Below, piece by piece: positions 47,302 to 60,800 of a stretch of 64,000 nucleotides of DNA; positions within the stretch are counted from its first letter, which is position 1; each line of letters begins with the position of its first letter. Under the pieces are notes generated by a model. The model worked only from the letters and a program-made list of their open reading frames with translations, was not told the origin of the DNA and did not search any database. The translations under genes were made by a program, and so were the position numbers. The DNA comes from Cyanophora paradoxa CCMP329 (lineage: Eukaryota; Plantae; Glaucophyta), in the NCBI GenBank assembly GCA_004431415.1, contig QPMI01000409.1, positions 372,001-436,000 of the forward strand. The letters run 5' to 3'.

Positions 47302-50188
47302 TTAACCAAAACTAGTACTACCGGTACTGGTTCCGTAATAAAAGCGGCCGCTTGCAATTGAACTGCTAGGATCGAGTCCAGGGTTGGGGGCGGAAGGGCT
47401 AACATGTACACTAGCTGTAGCTAAAGGTAACAGAGTCGCTGGTGCGCATGCGAGTGGTGGGATAGGTGTGGGCGCCGTCCCAGGGGGACGCTCGAACGGG
47501 GCAGGCGCGAGCTGGAGACCGTAGGGGTTGGGAGGCGGGACAGCCTCTGCTGCTGCCCAAGGGGCCGGGGAAAGGGGGGGAGGAATCACGTACGAGAGTC
47601 CTGCCCTAGGGATTGAGAGATGCAGGGAAGGGGCGGCCGCTGAAGAAGAGCGCGGCCGCAGCCTGGGGGCGATGGGTGCTGGGGCGCTACGCCACTTAGC
47701 AAGTGCTTCTGCTTGCCGGACCTTCTTCCCTCTGGGCACGTCGGGGACGGGGGCGGCGGGTTCCGAGCCGGGCCGGGGGACGATGGGTCGTAGGGACGCA
47801 TATTGGCGGCCTGGAATGGCACCCGAGCTCGGCTCGAAGCTCGAAGTCACCGCTGGGCTTGGTGGGGCAGCCGGGGTGGCGAGAACACGATGTCCCGCCG
47901 GCGACGCGGGGTACCAGTGAGCGGCCGCGGCCTTCTCCCCCGAGGCCGACGCCGCCCTCCGAGCGGCGCCGGGCGCGGGCCTTCCCCATCTCTGCGGCGG
48001 CAAGTGGCGACGGCGGCGGCGAGGCGTCGCGCGCCGGGACAGCCGGTGACTCCGCGAGCGACATCGCCTCCAGCTGCAATGACAGGTCTAAAGAAGCCCG
48101 CATCGCCTCGCCCGCCTGGCCCGCAGCATTAGGCCGGTGTTTCAGTGCGCGGCGCGGCGCGGTCCAGGTACCCTGGAGAGGAAAGCGAGCTGCTTCACTT
48201 CCTCCAGTTCCGGTCGGATCTCGTGCGAACCGCGTACCCCTTCGGACGATGGGCCCTAAGGGCAGGGCACAGCTGAGCGCCGGCGGCGAGAGCAACGCGG
48301 AAGGCGGCGCGGGCGCTCACCTCGCTTGGAGTTTCTGTTCTCGGGACCTGCAAACGTTGGCGCGCACAAGTTTCAGTACTAAATTTAGATCCAGAAATCG
48401 AGAGCACCCGCGGCGCGACGGACGGAGGATGGGGGAGAGGGGGGGGGGGGGGGGGAGGGGGAGGGAGGGAGGGGGGAGGGAACGGGGGGGAATGGAAGGG
48501 GGGGAGGGGGGCCGCTCTCACCGGGAGGCCCAGTAGATCGTAGAATATTTCGTTCACTTTTGGCCCTGGCACCGGTGCTTCTGAGAAGTCGGAGAGGCCG
48601 CTTGACAATGTGAGGGAGCCGGGGGTGGAGGGCGAGCGCGGGGCCCAGGCGTGGAGGGAGAAGGACGAGGCGGGCTCATCAGCGGTGACGTTCCCGAGAC
48701 TGAGGCCGAGGCCGCGGAGGCGCGGGGCCGAGGCCGACCCGGAGGCGAAGATAGGAGAGGGCCGAACGCGCGGTCGCGAGTCCCCCGCGTATGCGTATCC
48801 GCACTGCCGCGCATGTTCTGCCACTAGAATTCGGCGTATCTGGGTGGCCGCGATCAGAGCGCTCGAAATGTCGAGCAGAGCACGTACCGTGAGCGTGTAC
48901 TTGGCGATGTTGCGGCTCATGATCTGGCAGACGACTGCAGGCACGACGACAGTAAGCTCGTGCACGGGGGATGGCGACGGAGGGGGAGAGGGGCGAGGAG
49001 GAGGAAGGGGAAGGCGGAGGGCGGGCAGGTGGGGGGAAGGGGGGGAGGGTGAAGAAGGGGGAGAGGGGGGGGGGGGGGGGGAATGATCTTCAAAGCAACT
49101 CACTTCTTGAAGACAAAAATCCGAGAAATGACGGGCTCCGGTGGATTACGCTCAAAGTGGTGCACCTGTGGGTCAAGCGGGGAATCAAGGGTCCAGGTAC
49201 ATCGCACGACGTGGGGAAACCAACTCACCGGCACCCCACCCCGCCGTCACCGCGGGCGACGTGCCAGGCTGCGACCGGTTTTGGGTGCTGTACCATGTGA
49301 CGCGCCGTCCTGGTGGGCACGGTTTGCGCCAGGCAGGGCGCGCGGGCGGCCCGGCGGAGGTGGGCGCGCACCAACAGTCCCCTTCGCGCACGACGTACGC
49401 GAGAATCGCCAGCGCCGAGCCGTCGGGGAGCCTAGGAGGACAGGGTCACCGGAGAGCAGGCGCGATAGGAGCGAGGGGGCCGGCGCGCGGGGCGAAGAGG
49501 GGAGGGGCGCCGGCACCTCCTGCTCGCGTGGATGAAGCGAGATTCGATGCGCCATCCTGGTGCGTGCGTGCGACGGCAAGTGGTGAGCTTTTCAGCGCCT
49601 CGTCAGGAGGGCGGGCGCGGGCGGAGGGCCGCACCGAAGTAGGAGAGGACGTGGCGGTGGACGCGGACAGCGCCGAGCGAGCACGGGTCGTCCAGGTCCG
49701 CAGGCTCCAGCTCAGCGAGCTCCTCGTCGACCACCACGAGCTCCGCGTTGAACTCCTGCCCCCGCCGTTTCCGCACGGGATCCCCGGCCCAGCGCGGACA
49801 CAACAAGACGCTGGCGCACCGTCGCCCTGGAGCGTGAGCAGAGCTCACGTGTAGCGAACGAGACGCTGACGTCGGGCAGATGAAGGCTTGCTCGATAAGC
49901 CGTGTATTGATCCGCGGACGGCCACGCGCTGGTTTGCAAGTCAGCTCGCGGCACTAGAGCTACCTCGCGGTACAGTACACACCGCGCTTCAACTGCGATT
50001 GCGTTGCCCGCGGCCTCAAGCGAGACCTTCCATGGCGGCCCTTGGCTTACAATCTCCCGCCCGACAATTTGGAACAACTGCGCATGCGCGGGCACCGAGC
50101 TCGCCAGCTCAGCCGGAGAAGCGATCATAGCTACAGCCACAAACATATGCACCTCATCTAGATCAGTACGGCTGTAAGTTGAGTGCAT
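47302..50188 (-). CDS. Hypothetical protein, tandem paralogue A (possible START/SRPBCC-like domain followed by a Pro/Ser-rich tail)
   Basis: Minus-strand exons with conserved splice sites, e.g. AWHVARGDGGVGCRCTTLSVIHRSPSFLGFLSSRIVCQIMSRNIAKYTLTIRRIL. The domain call is weak. Confidence 0.5.
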
Positions 50189-50444
50189 CGTAAGTGTTGA
50201 CGGCAGCCTTTGAGCTGTGAGCTCGCCCGAACGGATGGGCAGACCGCGGCTTCACATCATGGCATCTCGCTATGCCGGCCGCGCCGGCGCCGGTGCTTGG
50301 CCGGTGCTCGTCGCCGCGGGCTGGCTGCGGCGATATCGATTTGCCTCCTTCCGTACAGATAGGCAGTATAGGCAGTACTAGTACTAGTGATATCGTGGGA
50401 GTACGGAGTAGTTCAATGCCGTGTACCCCGTCAGGTGGGGGAGC

Positions 50445-50445
<1 letters not shown>

Positions 50446-50500
<55 letters not shown>
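50446..50500. repeat. (TA)n microsatellite, about 27 units
   Basis: Visible directly. Confidence 0.98.
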
Positions 50501-50503
<3 letters not shown>

Positions 50504-50509
50504 CCGAGC

Positions 50510-50574
50510 ATGTACATGTTCGCGCGCGATCGATCGATCCGATCCGGGATCCGGATCGATATCGATCCGGCCCG
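50510..50574. repeat. GATC-rich palindromic ~62-bp element (second copy at 54561-54621)
   Basis: atgtacatgttcgcgcgcgatcgatc...gatatcgatccggccc occurs at both sites. Confidence 0.85.
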
Positions 50575-50808
50575 CCGCCGGCGCGGCCGGGCGCCGGCCG
50601 CGGCGCCGGCGCCGGGCGCGGCCGCCGCCCGGCGCCGGCGGACGTCGACCGGCCCCGGCGGGCCGGGGCGCGGCGGTCCATATGCATCGATCGATATCAT
50701 GATCAGGCCGATCGGTTCGCCGAGTCGCTCTAGATCTTGCACTTGATCTAGCTATAAACTGGAGCTAGATCTGTACAGGTACCGTAGTACGTATACATTT
50801 GCCAAAGG

Positions 50809-53426
50809 CTACGCGAACTGACGTCGACTGATGATCTGCTCTAAAGGACTCGCTGTAGAAAAAGAATTCGAGGACTCCGGCGTGAGTGCAGGTGGCCATG
50901 GTGGAAAGAGTGTGACGGGGGGTTCGTCTGTTTCAGGGGGGTTCGTTTCTGCCGCCAGTGCGTGACGTCCCTTCTTCCCTCTGTGCTCGTACGCGTCGGG
51001 GACCGGGGCGGTGGGTTCTGAGCCGCGCCGGGGGACAATGAGCCGGAAGGGTTGAGCAGCCGGCCCAGCGGGCCCCGGGCTCGAGTCGCCGCTCGAGCTG
51101 GAAGCTGGCCGTGGCGGGGCCTGCATAGAGCGATCTCCCGCCAGCGACGTCGACGCGGGGTACCAGTGAGCGGCCGCGGCCTTCTCCCCCGAGGCCGACG
51201 CCGCCTCCGAGCGACGCCGGGCGCGGGCCTTCCCCATCTCTGCGGCGGCAAGTGGCGACGGCGGCGGCGAGGCGTCGCGCGACGGGGCAGCCGGTGACTC
51301 AGCGAGCGACATCGCCTCCAGCTGCAGTGACAGGTCGAAGGAAGCCCGCATCGCCTCGCCCGCCTGGCCCGCAGCATTAGGCCGGTGTTTCAGTGCGCGG
51401 CGTGGCGCGGTCCAGGTACCCTGGAGAGGAAAGCGAGCTGCTTCACCTCCTCCCGCTCCGGTCGGATCTCGTGCGAACCGCGTACCCCTTCGGACGCTGG
51501 GCCCTACGGGTAGGGCACAGTTGGGCGCCGGCGCCGAGAGCAGCGCGGCAGGCGGCGCGGGCGCTCACCTCGCTTGGAGTTTCTGTTCTCGGGAGCTGCA
51601 AACGTTGGCGAGCGCAAGGTTCAGCGCTGGGGGGAGGGGAGGAGGGCGAGGGGGGGGGGGGGGGGGGGGGGGAACGGGGGGGAATGCGAGGGGGGAGGGG
51701 GCCGCTCTCACCGGGAGGCCCAGTAGATCGTAGAATATTTCGTTCACTTTTGGCCCTGGCACCGGTGCTTCTGAGAAGTCGGAGAGGCCGCTTGACAATG
51801 TGAGGGAGCCGGGGGTGGAGGGCGAGCGCGGGGCCCAGGCGTGGAGGGAGAAGGACGAGGCGGGCTCATCAGCGGTGACGTTCCCGAGACTGAGGCCGAG
51901 GCCGCGGAGGCGCGGGGCCGAGGCCGACCCGGAGGCGAAAAACAGTGAGGGCCGAACGCGCGGTCGCGAGTCCCCCGCGTATGCGTATCCGCACTGCCGC
52001 GCGTGTTCTGCCACTAGAAGTCGCCTTATCTGGGTGGCCGCGATCAGAGCGCTCGAAATGAGGAGCCGTGCACGTACCGTGAGCGTGTACTTGGCGGCGT
52101 TGCGGCTCATGATCTGGCAGACGACTGCAGGCACGACGACAGTAAGCTCGTGCACGGGGGATGGCGAGGGAGGGGGAGAGGGTCGAGGGGGAGGAAGGGG
52201 AAGGCGGAGGGCGGGCAGGTGGGGGAAGCTTAAGGGGGGAGGGGGAAGAAGGGGAGGGCGGGAAGGGAGAGGGCGGGAAGGGGGGAGGGTGAAGAAGGGG
52301 AGAGGGGGGGGAAGAAGGGGAGGGGGGGGGGAGCCGGGGGGGAGGGGGGGGAATGGTCTTCAAAGCAACTCACTTCTTGGAGACAGAAATCCGAGAAATG
52401 ACGGGCTCCGGTGGATTACGCTCAAAGTGGTGCACCTGTGGGTCAAGCGGGGAATCAAGGGTCCAGGTACATCGCACGACGTGGGGAACCAACTCACCGG
52501 CACCCCGCCCCACCGTCACCGCGGGCGACGTGCCAGGCTGCGACCGGCCTCGCGTGCTGCATCATGTGACGCGTCGTCCTGGTGGGCACGGTTTGCGTCA
52601 GGGCGGGCGCGCGGGCGGCCCGGCGGAGGTGGGCGCGCACCAGCAGTCCCCTTCGCGCACGACGTACACGAGAATCGCCAGCGCCGAGCCGTCGGGGAGC
52701 CTAGGAGGACAGGGTCGGCCGGAGAGCTGATGCGATAGAAGCGAGCTCGCGAGGGGGCCGGCGCGCGGGGCGAAGAGTGGAGGGGCCGGCACCTCCGGCT
52801 CGCGTGGATGAAGCGAGATTCGATGCGCCATCCTGGTGCGTGCGTGCGACGGCAAGTGGTGAGCTTTTCAGCGCCTCGTCAGGAGGGCGGGCGCGGGCGG
52901 AGGGCCGCACCGAAGTAGGAGAGGACGTGGCGGTGGACGCGGACAGCGCCGAGCGAGCACGGGTCGTCCAGGTCCGCAGGCTCCAGCTCAGCGAGCTCCT
53001 CGTCGACCACCACGAGCTCCGCGTTGAACTCCTGCCCCCGCCGTTTCCGCACGGGATCCCCGGGACAGCGCGGACAGGACAACGCTGGCGCACCGTCGCC
53101 CTGGAGCGCGAGCAGAGCTCGCGTGTAGCGAACGAGACGCTGACGTCGGGCAGATGAAGGCTTGCTCGATAAGCCGTGTATTGATCCGCGGACGGCCACG
53201 CGCTGGTTTGCAAGTCAGTTCGCGGCACTAGAGCTACCTCGCGGTACAGTACACACCGCGCTTCAACTGCGATTGCGTTGCCCGCGGCCTCGAGGGAGAC
53301 CTTCCACGGCGGCCCTTGGCCGATAATCTCCCGCCCGACCGATTGGAACAACTGCGCATGCGCGTGCGGGCTCCGAGCTGAGCGGCCGGAGAAGCGATCG
53401 ATATAGAAGCTCCGGCACATGTACAC
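50809..53426 (-). CDS. Hypothetical protein, tandem paralogue B
   Basis: Near-identical to paralogue A with a divergent 3' end; start uncertain. Confidence 0.5.
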
Positions 53427-54391
53427 GCGTATGCTACCTCATCCAGATGCGCTTGGTCGTAAGCCGTGTTCATCCGCTAGCTATAGTTCACTTCGGAGTA
53501 CTTGTGCGCGGTCGCGCACCCTACGGCCACGCTGTGACAGGTCGAGGCTCCACCGACGTATCGACACTGCCAGGCTGATTCGACAGCTCCGCTGCCCGGC
53601 GTAGTACATATGCAGAGCCTGCCAGCAAGTTGCCAGCCTGCTGGCAGCAAAACGCCGTATGACCGTCGGACGATCCGCACCCTCCAGCGTACGCGTTCGG
53701 CCGGGCTCTCCGCGCGCCGCGCGCGGCCGCGGCTCGAATTTCGAAATTTCGAAGCTCACTGCAGCTGCATGGGTCGACGTCAGGCCCTGATCATGAGGGC
53801 CCTCCGCATTACAACCTCCTGCCTCAGGGCCTGGCTGCCGCATGCGCAGTGCAATCTGTGCAAAGGCTCTGTTCTCTAGAGATCGTACCCCTCCGGGCCT
53901 CAATAGAAATATGTACCCCCGAGCTCGAGGCCGCAGTACGCGTACGTATACGTATATACGTCGTTGCCGCGCCGCGGCGCGCGCGCGCGCGTGCGCATGC
54001 AGCGGGCTGTACTGAGTAACTGTACTGGCCTATTGCTAGGCCGGGCATCAGCTCTGCAGGGCATTCGAATTCCGAGTTCCCGGAGTCCGCGGCCGACGGT
54101 CCGAAGTTCAAGCTTCAATTGCAATTGCCGCACTGCGGCAGTGCAAGCCTAATATTAATTAATACGGCTTCAAATTAAATTTCAAAGGCCGCCGGGCTTC
54201 ATGACTCAGTGATCATGATCAGCTGCAGACCGCGGGCTTCAAGGCTTCCAAGTTGTTCACAAACCGTGAACGTGCTCAAACGTGCACAGGCCTAGCCTAG
54301 TACTAGGGTAGGCTGTGCACCGTGGCACGTGTGTGTTCATGCAATTTATGATCAGTTCATGCAAGGCTTGCGAGCTAATGTTTGCCAAGCC

Positions 54392-54558
54392 ACTCTGATT
54401 CCGATCGTAATCGCAACTCTGATTCCGATCGTAATCGCAACTCTGATTCCGATCGTAATCGCAACTCTGATTGCGATCGTAATCGCAACTCTGATTCCGA
54501 TCGTAATCGCAACTCTGATTCCGATCGTAATCGCAACTCTGATTCCGATCGTAATCGC
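54392..54558 (-). repeat. 24-bp tandem array, 7 units, inverted orientation
   Basis: actctgattccgatcgtaatcgca x7. Confidence 0.95.
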
Positions 54559-54855
54559 GTATGTACATGTTCGCGCGCGATCGATCCGATCCGGGATCCG
54601 GATCGATATCGATCCGGCCCGGCGCCGGCGCCGAGACACTGTCTACTTGCGTCTGTGTGACATGATCATGAAGAGATCTAGATGCAGCTGTGCATGTGCG
54701 ATGGCGGTTCAATGAATTCGAACTAGGGATGTCGCGAGGGGGCGGTTCGACGGTTGGATGCGCGTGGGTAGGGGTGCTGTACTAGCGCGCGCGCCTATAG
54801 CTATAGGCCTGGGATGGAAATGAATATCCTAGTGGAGACTCCAGCCCCATCCGAG

Positions 54856-57800
54856 TTACACGGGCGGCGGCTTGAGGTCGGGGAAGCGGGCAGTCCAGCG
54901 GTACCCCTGATTGAAGGTGAGGGGCCCGAGGGAGAAGGGCGAGAGCGGGCGCCAGCGTACCCAGATGACGGCGTTGATCTTGGTCTGGATTTCTTTGGCG
55001 AGCTGCTGGGCGCGCTCGCCCTTGCAGGGGATGAAGCGGACGCGGGGGGGGCGGCCGTCGAGGACGACGCGGACGCCCTCGACCGAGGCGATCGTGTCCG
55101 CCTCCTCCACGTACTGCGCCTGGTAGACGTCCGCCCACGGCGCCGTCCACGAGTCCGACTTCGTGTCCGCGTTCAGGTACACCAGGAGCTGCCGGCGGTA
55201 CGCGTCAGACCGGCCTCGCGGGCGCGGCGTGGGGCCCGGGGCCGCCCATTCCGGTCCGAGCGCACCTCGTTGGTGATGTACACGGCGTCGTGCTCGCAGA
55301 TGACGCGCTGCGACGGCAGGGCCTGAGGCAAGGACGGGGGAGGCGGGGCAGGGGGGTACGGGCACGCACGTCGTCGAACATGCGGACGTCGCGGTTGGGC
55401 TTGACGAGCTTGTAGGCGACCAGGTTCTCCTGCGCCTCGCTGTTCGCCCTGCGAAGCGAGCGCTCAGGCGGAGCGAACGAGCGGAGTGCGTCGCTCCAGC
55501 GCGGCAGCAGCGCACGGGTCGAATTTGGCGATGGAGAGGCGGACGCCGCAGGCGCGGGCGCGGCGGAGGCGGCCGTCGTGGTGCATGTGCCAGTCGTCCG
55601 ACATCGAGTTGGCCGCCCCCTGGAACGTCTTCCCGTTCACCTCCAGCAGCTGCGCGGGGAGTGGGCGGCGGCTCAGAGAAGAGGCCGCTCGGGGTGCGTG
55701 GGGGCGGGGCGGACCCCCGTGAGGGGCTGGGCGACGAGGTTGACGGCGCCGGCGAAGACGCCCCCGACAAAGCCGAAGAAGCCGCGCTTGCGGGAGCCGT
55801 CGATGGGGATCTGCCCCGCCCCCGTCAGCCGGTGGGCGGGGCGGCGCGGCGCGGCGCGGCGCGGGGCGCGCCTGGACCACCCCGAAGGCGGCGTCGGCGA
55901 GGCGGCAGTAGGCCATCTTGGTCCCCTGCTTGAAGCCCTTGAGCGCACGCATCGGCACCTGCGCGCGCCTCCATCAGCCCTCGCCTCGGCAGGCTCCTCG
56001 GCAGGCGCCGCGGCGGGACGCGCCTTGTTCCTGTAGTACTCGAGGTCGTTGTGGAAGAAGCCATTCTTGCTGCCGAGCTTGTCCACCCCGTTGCCGATCG
56101 CCTGCGCCGGCTCGGCTCAGACGGGCGAGCGGAGCCGGGGGGAGCGAAGCCGACGGGGGCGGGAGGCGGCGCACGTCGGCGACGCCGGAGTACCACTGGG
56201 CGAGGGTGCAGACCCAGGTGACGGCGGCGGCCTTGCCGCCGGCGGCGGCGCCGCCGCCCTCGGGCTCGGCGCCGGAGCCGACGCCCTCGGAGGCCTCGTG
56301 GTAGAAGGCCTTGATGCCGCGCCCGAAGCCGCGGACGAGGATCCAGGGGTTGAGGGCCATGGAGCCGACGATGGAGAGGCCGGCCTTGAGCCCCGCCGCG
56401 ATGTACACCGGCACGATGTCCCCCGCGATCGTCCCGGGGAGGCCGAAGAGGGGCAGGCCCGTGTCGTACGCGGGGAGGTCGATGGTCGCCTTCTCGATGT
56501 TGAGGATGGCCGAGCCGAGCGACTCCACGACGCGGCGCACGACCTCGGAGACCTGGATCAGCTCGTGCGCCGCCGCCGGGCCCGCCTTGATCGTCAGCAG
56601 CAGCCGGATCTTCGAGATGCGCAGCCGCTCGATGTAGATGCGCTTGCCCGTGGCCGTCGCGGCGGTGGGGCGCGTGTCGACGGCGCCGGCGGCGCGCACG
56701 GCGGAGAGGAGCTGGGCCCCCGCGCGGCAGTTCTCCGACGCGTGCCGCGAGATGGCGTTGCGCCGCGCCTTCATGCGCCCCAGCAGCTTGATGGCGTAGC
56801 TCGAGACGATCTCCGTGAGCACGTCCTCGTGGATGCGGATGTCCAGCGGCTGCCACCGCGCTCAGGGCGGGCCGCTCTGGAAGGGAGCGCGGGGTTCGCG
56901 GCGCGCACCTCGAGCTCGACGGTGACCTCCTCGAGGTAGAGGACGTCGCTGTTGGCCTGGTCGGGCCCCGCCGGCGGGAGCACCGTCGCCGCGAAGTAGA
57001 TCATCGGCTTGGGCGGGATTCCGTCCGTGTCCTTCACGACGTCCTTGTACTGCAGCGGGTTCGTGTCCGCCGTGTACGTCACGGGCTTGTGCTGCGGCCC
57101 GATGAAGACCCCGAAGGCCGGCCGCCGCGAGAGCATCTGGTCGATCTGGAAGTGCTTCACGATCGCCTCCACCTGCGCGCGCGGGGGACGCTGAGCCCCG
57201 CAAGGAGCGAGCGGGGCGAGAGGAGGAGCGGGGCGGGCGGGCACCTCCTGCTTGGAGGCGGAGGCCTTGACCTTGGCCTGGATCGCCTCGAGGGAGACGA
57301 GGAGCAGCTCGCGCGCGTTGTCGCTGTTCACCGAGACCTGCCCGCCCCAGCCCGTCAGAGGCCGCCGCCCGCGGTGAAGAGGGAGGGCGCGAGCCTTGAC
57401 GGCGGGGATGAAGGCGCGGAGCTCGACCTCCATCGCCCCACTGGCCCCGCCGGCGACCGCCGAGGCGCTCTCGGGGGGAGCCCCCGCCGAGGGCGGGTGC
57501 TGGGACAAGCCCTCGTTGTCGCGCCGCTCGGCCGCAGCGATCGCCTCGGCGCGCTTCTTCTGCACGAGGGCGCGGGCGGCCGCGAGGGCGTCGCCCTTGC
57601 GCACGCTCTGCAGCCGTGCCGACTCCTCGGTCGTGCCCGAGCCGGCGGTGCCCATGGCCGTCAGCGCCTCGCGCTTGGCCGCCGCGGAGCCGGCCTTCGC
57701 CCGCCGCAGCTTCCGCGGGTCCCGCTCGATGCACTGCGCGACGGGCCCGTCACGCGCCGCGACGCGAGCGCGGAGTGCAGCGGCCACGAGGCGCACGATG

Positions 57801-60800
57801 AGGCAGAGCTTCTGGAAGCCGCGGGGCTTGACGACGGCGACGAGGGCGGCGACGCCGGGGCCCGGGTCGACGTCCCTGTCCAGCAGCTCGAAGCCGAGCT
57901 TCTCGACGACGATGTCCTCCCGCCGCCGCACGCTCCCCGTCGCCGCCTCCACGATCTCCATCATCAGCACCTTCGGGCCCTTCGGGTTCTCCAGGATCTG
58001 CGGGACGGGCGCAAGATAAGTAAGAAAAGTAAGATAAGTAAGTAGGTAATAGTAAGAAGAAAGGGCGCGAAGATCAGGTAGGGGCGCACGAAGGGCCGCT
58101 CGGCGCCCAGCTCGACGGTGACGGCCGTGCTCTCCGGGGCGCCCTTCTGCCAGAAGCGGAGGACGCAGCTCGCGTCCCCGCACTCGTTCCGCACCACCAG
58201 CGGCGGCACCGGCTGCGCGGCCCCTGAGCTCGCGCCCCGCACGCTCCCGAGACCGGGGGGCGGGCGGGCGGGCACCTCGGAGTCGAAGAAGGCGTAGTAG
58301 GAGGGCCCGTTCTTCTCGACGGAGATGCGGATGGGCTTCTCGCGCGGGTCCCCGGCGACGCGCAGCGGGACGTGGAAGACGTCGGCCTCCTCGAGGGCGA
58401 AGGGCACCGACCACTGCGCCGCCGCCAGCGCCGCCCCGTCCACCTCCACCTCCCCGTTCGCGTTCCGCCGCGCCGAGGGCGGCGGCAGCGCGATCTGGAT
58501 CCGCCGCGGCTGGCCCTGCGACGCCGCATCTCAGAGCGCGGCGGCGGCGGCGGCGGAGCGAGAAGGGAGAGAGGAGGAGGCTCGCCTGGGGGACGGGGCG
58601 GGGCCACTGGAAGACCTCGGTCTTCTCCTTGCCGAGGGGCCGCACGGCGAGGCCCTGGTCGCCCTCCTGGCGCACGAGGAGCCCCGCGGGGGCCGACTTG
58701 TTCACCAGCACAAAGCGCGCGTCAATCACCACGACCCGCGTCGGGTCCATCGCCGTGATGCGCACGCCGAACTCCAGCACGCGCTGCCGTCGCGGCGCTC
58801 AGTTTCAGGCCGCAGGCCGCAGCCTCAGTGCCCAGGCCGGCGCGCGCGCACCGTGGCGCCGCCCTTGGCGGAGGAGACGCCGCCGGCGAACTGGGGCACG
58901 GCGACGTAGAGCTGGTCCTCGGCGCCCATCAGGTTGATCGCCTTGGAGAGGGCCGCGTTCTGCTCGTTGAGGCCGAGCGCCAGCTGCCCCGTGTACGGGT
59001 CCCCCTGCTTCGCCTTCACCGACGCGGTGCAGAGCGGGAAGGCCGAGGCGTTCCCGTCCGGCAGGTCCACCACCGTCGCCGCCCCCGCCTCTGCGGTGGC
59101 CGGGGAGCAGAGCGGGTTAGGGCCGGCAAGCTGGTTCCGCCCCGCCCCGTGGAGGGCGCACGGGGGTCGAGGTTCCCCGCGAGGCGGACGGTCGCGTGGT
59201 TGGCGCCGGCGCCCGGGGCGCGCCCGGGGTCCTTGGCCAACAAATTCACCTGCCGCTCGGTGAGCGAGGGGCGCGAGGGGGCCGGGCGGTCGCGCGGCGC
59301 CGCACCCCGCTCCGGTTCACTGGCGAGGGGAGGAGCGCCTCAGCGGGGGCCGCAGAGGCGCGGGCGGCGCGGCGCGGGGCGCGCACCGATCCAGAAGGGG
59401 ACGAAGAGGGTGACCTTGCGCGTGTGCGACTGCCGGGCGGCGTCGGGCGGCGAGGGGCGGGGCGGGGCGGGGCGGGGCGGGGCGGGGCGGACGACAGGGA
59501 GCTTGGGCTTGCCGCGCGTCTTCTCGTCGCGGGTGCGCATGTAGACGGGGAGGGAGAGCTCGCCCAGCACCGGCGCCTTCACGAACGTCGAAGCTGCCGC
59601 CGGCGCGCCCCCTCAGCGGCCGCCCCGCGCGCGGTCGCAGACCAAACGAGGCGCAGCGGCGCACCGCCGTCGCGGTGCGAGGCGACGTGCTTCTCCTTCG
59701 AGAACGCGGCCTGTGGGTAGCGCTTGGGGTCGTCGACCTGCCGGCGGGGGGGCAGAGCCTCAACGGAAGCGATCGGGCAGGGCGGGGCGGCCGGACGCGC
59801 GGGCGGACCTTGACGGAAATCTTGAGGTCTTGGATGTCCTTGATCGTGTGCATGTACGAGAGCTGCCGGCGCCGGCGCTCAGGGAGGCGCGGGGCGGGGC
59901 GGGGCGGAGGGCCGAGGAGCGGGGGGCGGCGCGCGCCTTCTGGCCGGCCTCGAGGCGGCCGCTGAAGCGCTCCTCGCTGCCGACGACGAGGCGGACGAGC
60001 GCCGCGAAGGGCAGGTGCGAGCGGATCGAGAGGGCCGGCACGAGCGCCAGCACCTGCGCCCCACGAGGGAAGTCAACGCAGAGGCGTGTCGTAAGCCCTC
60101 TGTAGGAAACGAACGCACCATCGGGTCGTCGGGGACTTCACCGCCGAGCTGGCGGAGGAAGGACTCCTCGGAGTACTGGCCGGCGGGGTCAGCGGGGCCG
60201 AAGAAAAAGGGGCCGGCGGCGGCGGGGGCGGCCGCCCCTCACCTTCGTGTAGCAGCAGAAGCCGACGCCGTGGGGGTAGTGCTTGCTGCCGGCGTCGTTT
60301 TTGCCCCGCGCGCACTCGTGGGCCACCGCCTGAGGCCGGGATCGGGTTGGCGCGCGCCCGAACGACCCAAGCCGAGGAAAGCGGCGCACGCGGCCGAAGC
60401 GGGTCATGGAGAAGAAGGTGTGCGGCTCGCTCCACTCGAGGGTGGAGCCGTGGGGGCGGACTTGCAGCTCCCCGCTGGTGAGGAGGAGGGGGACGGCGGC
60501 CTCGCTCTCGAAGCCCTCCGTAGCGGCGCCGCGCACGTTGGGGGCGAGCGTCGCCTTCCACTCGATCTCCTTGCCCTGCTCGACCACCGCCGAGAGCGAG
60601 TAGCGCCGCCGCGACGCCAGGTCCGCCTCCGCGTCCCCCACCGCCACCTTCGGCAGGGTCACACGGGCTCGCGCCGGGCGGGCTCGCGGGGTCGGGGGCC
60701 AGCGGCCGGCGCACCTTCGTCGAGTCCAGGGCGGCCGGCGTAGGGGGCGTCACCGGGGCGCCCCCGCGGTAGATGCGCTCCTGCTCCTCCTGCGGGGCGG

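Larger units (their letters stand above)
47720..53465. repeat. Tandem segmental duplication: about 47720-50190 and about 50970-53465 (period ~3.25 kb)
   Basis: Long near-identical colinear stretches, e.g. 48520-48990 vs 51710-52180. Confidence 0.93.

Noticed and set aside
50420-50750. ORFs containing YIYIYI
   Set aside because: Translation of the (TA)n microsatellite.
54257-54715. ORFs with DYDRNQSC / ITIGIRVA / LRSESELR repeats (also 13044-13869)
   Set aside because: These are translations of the stop-free 24-bp array in several frames, not supported genes.
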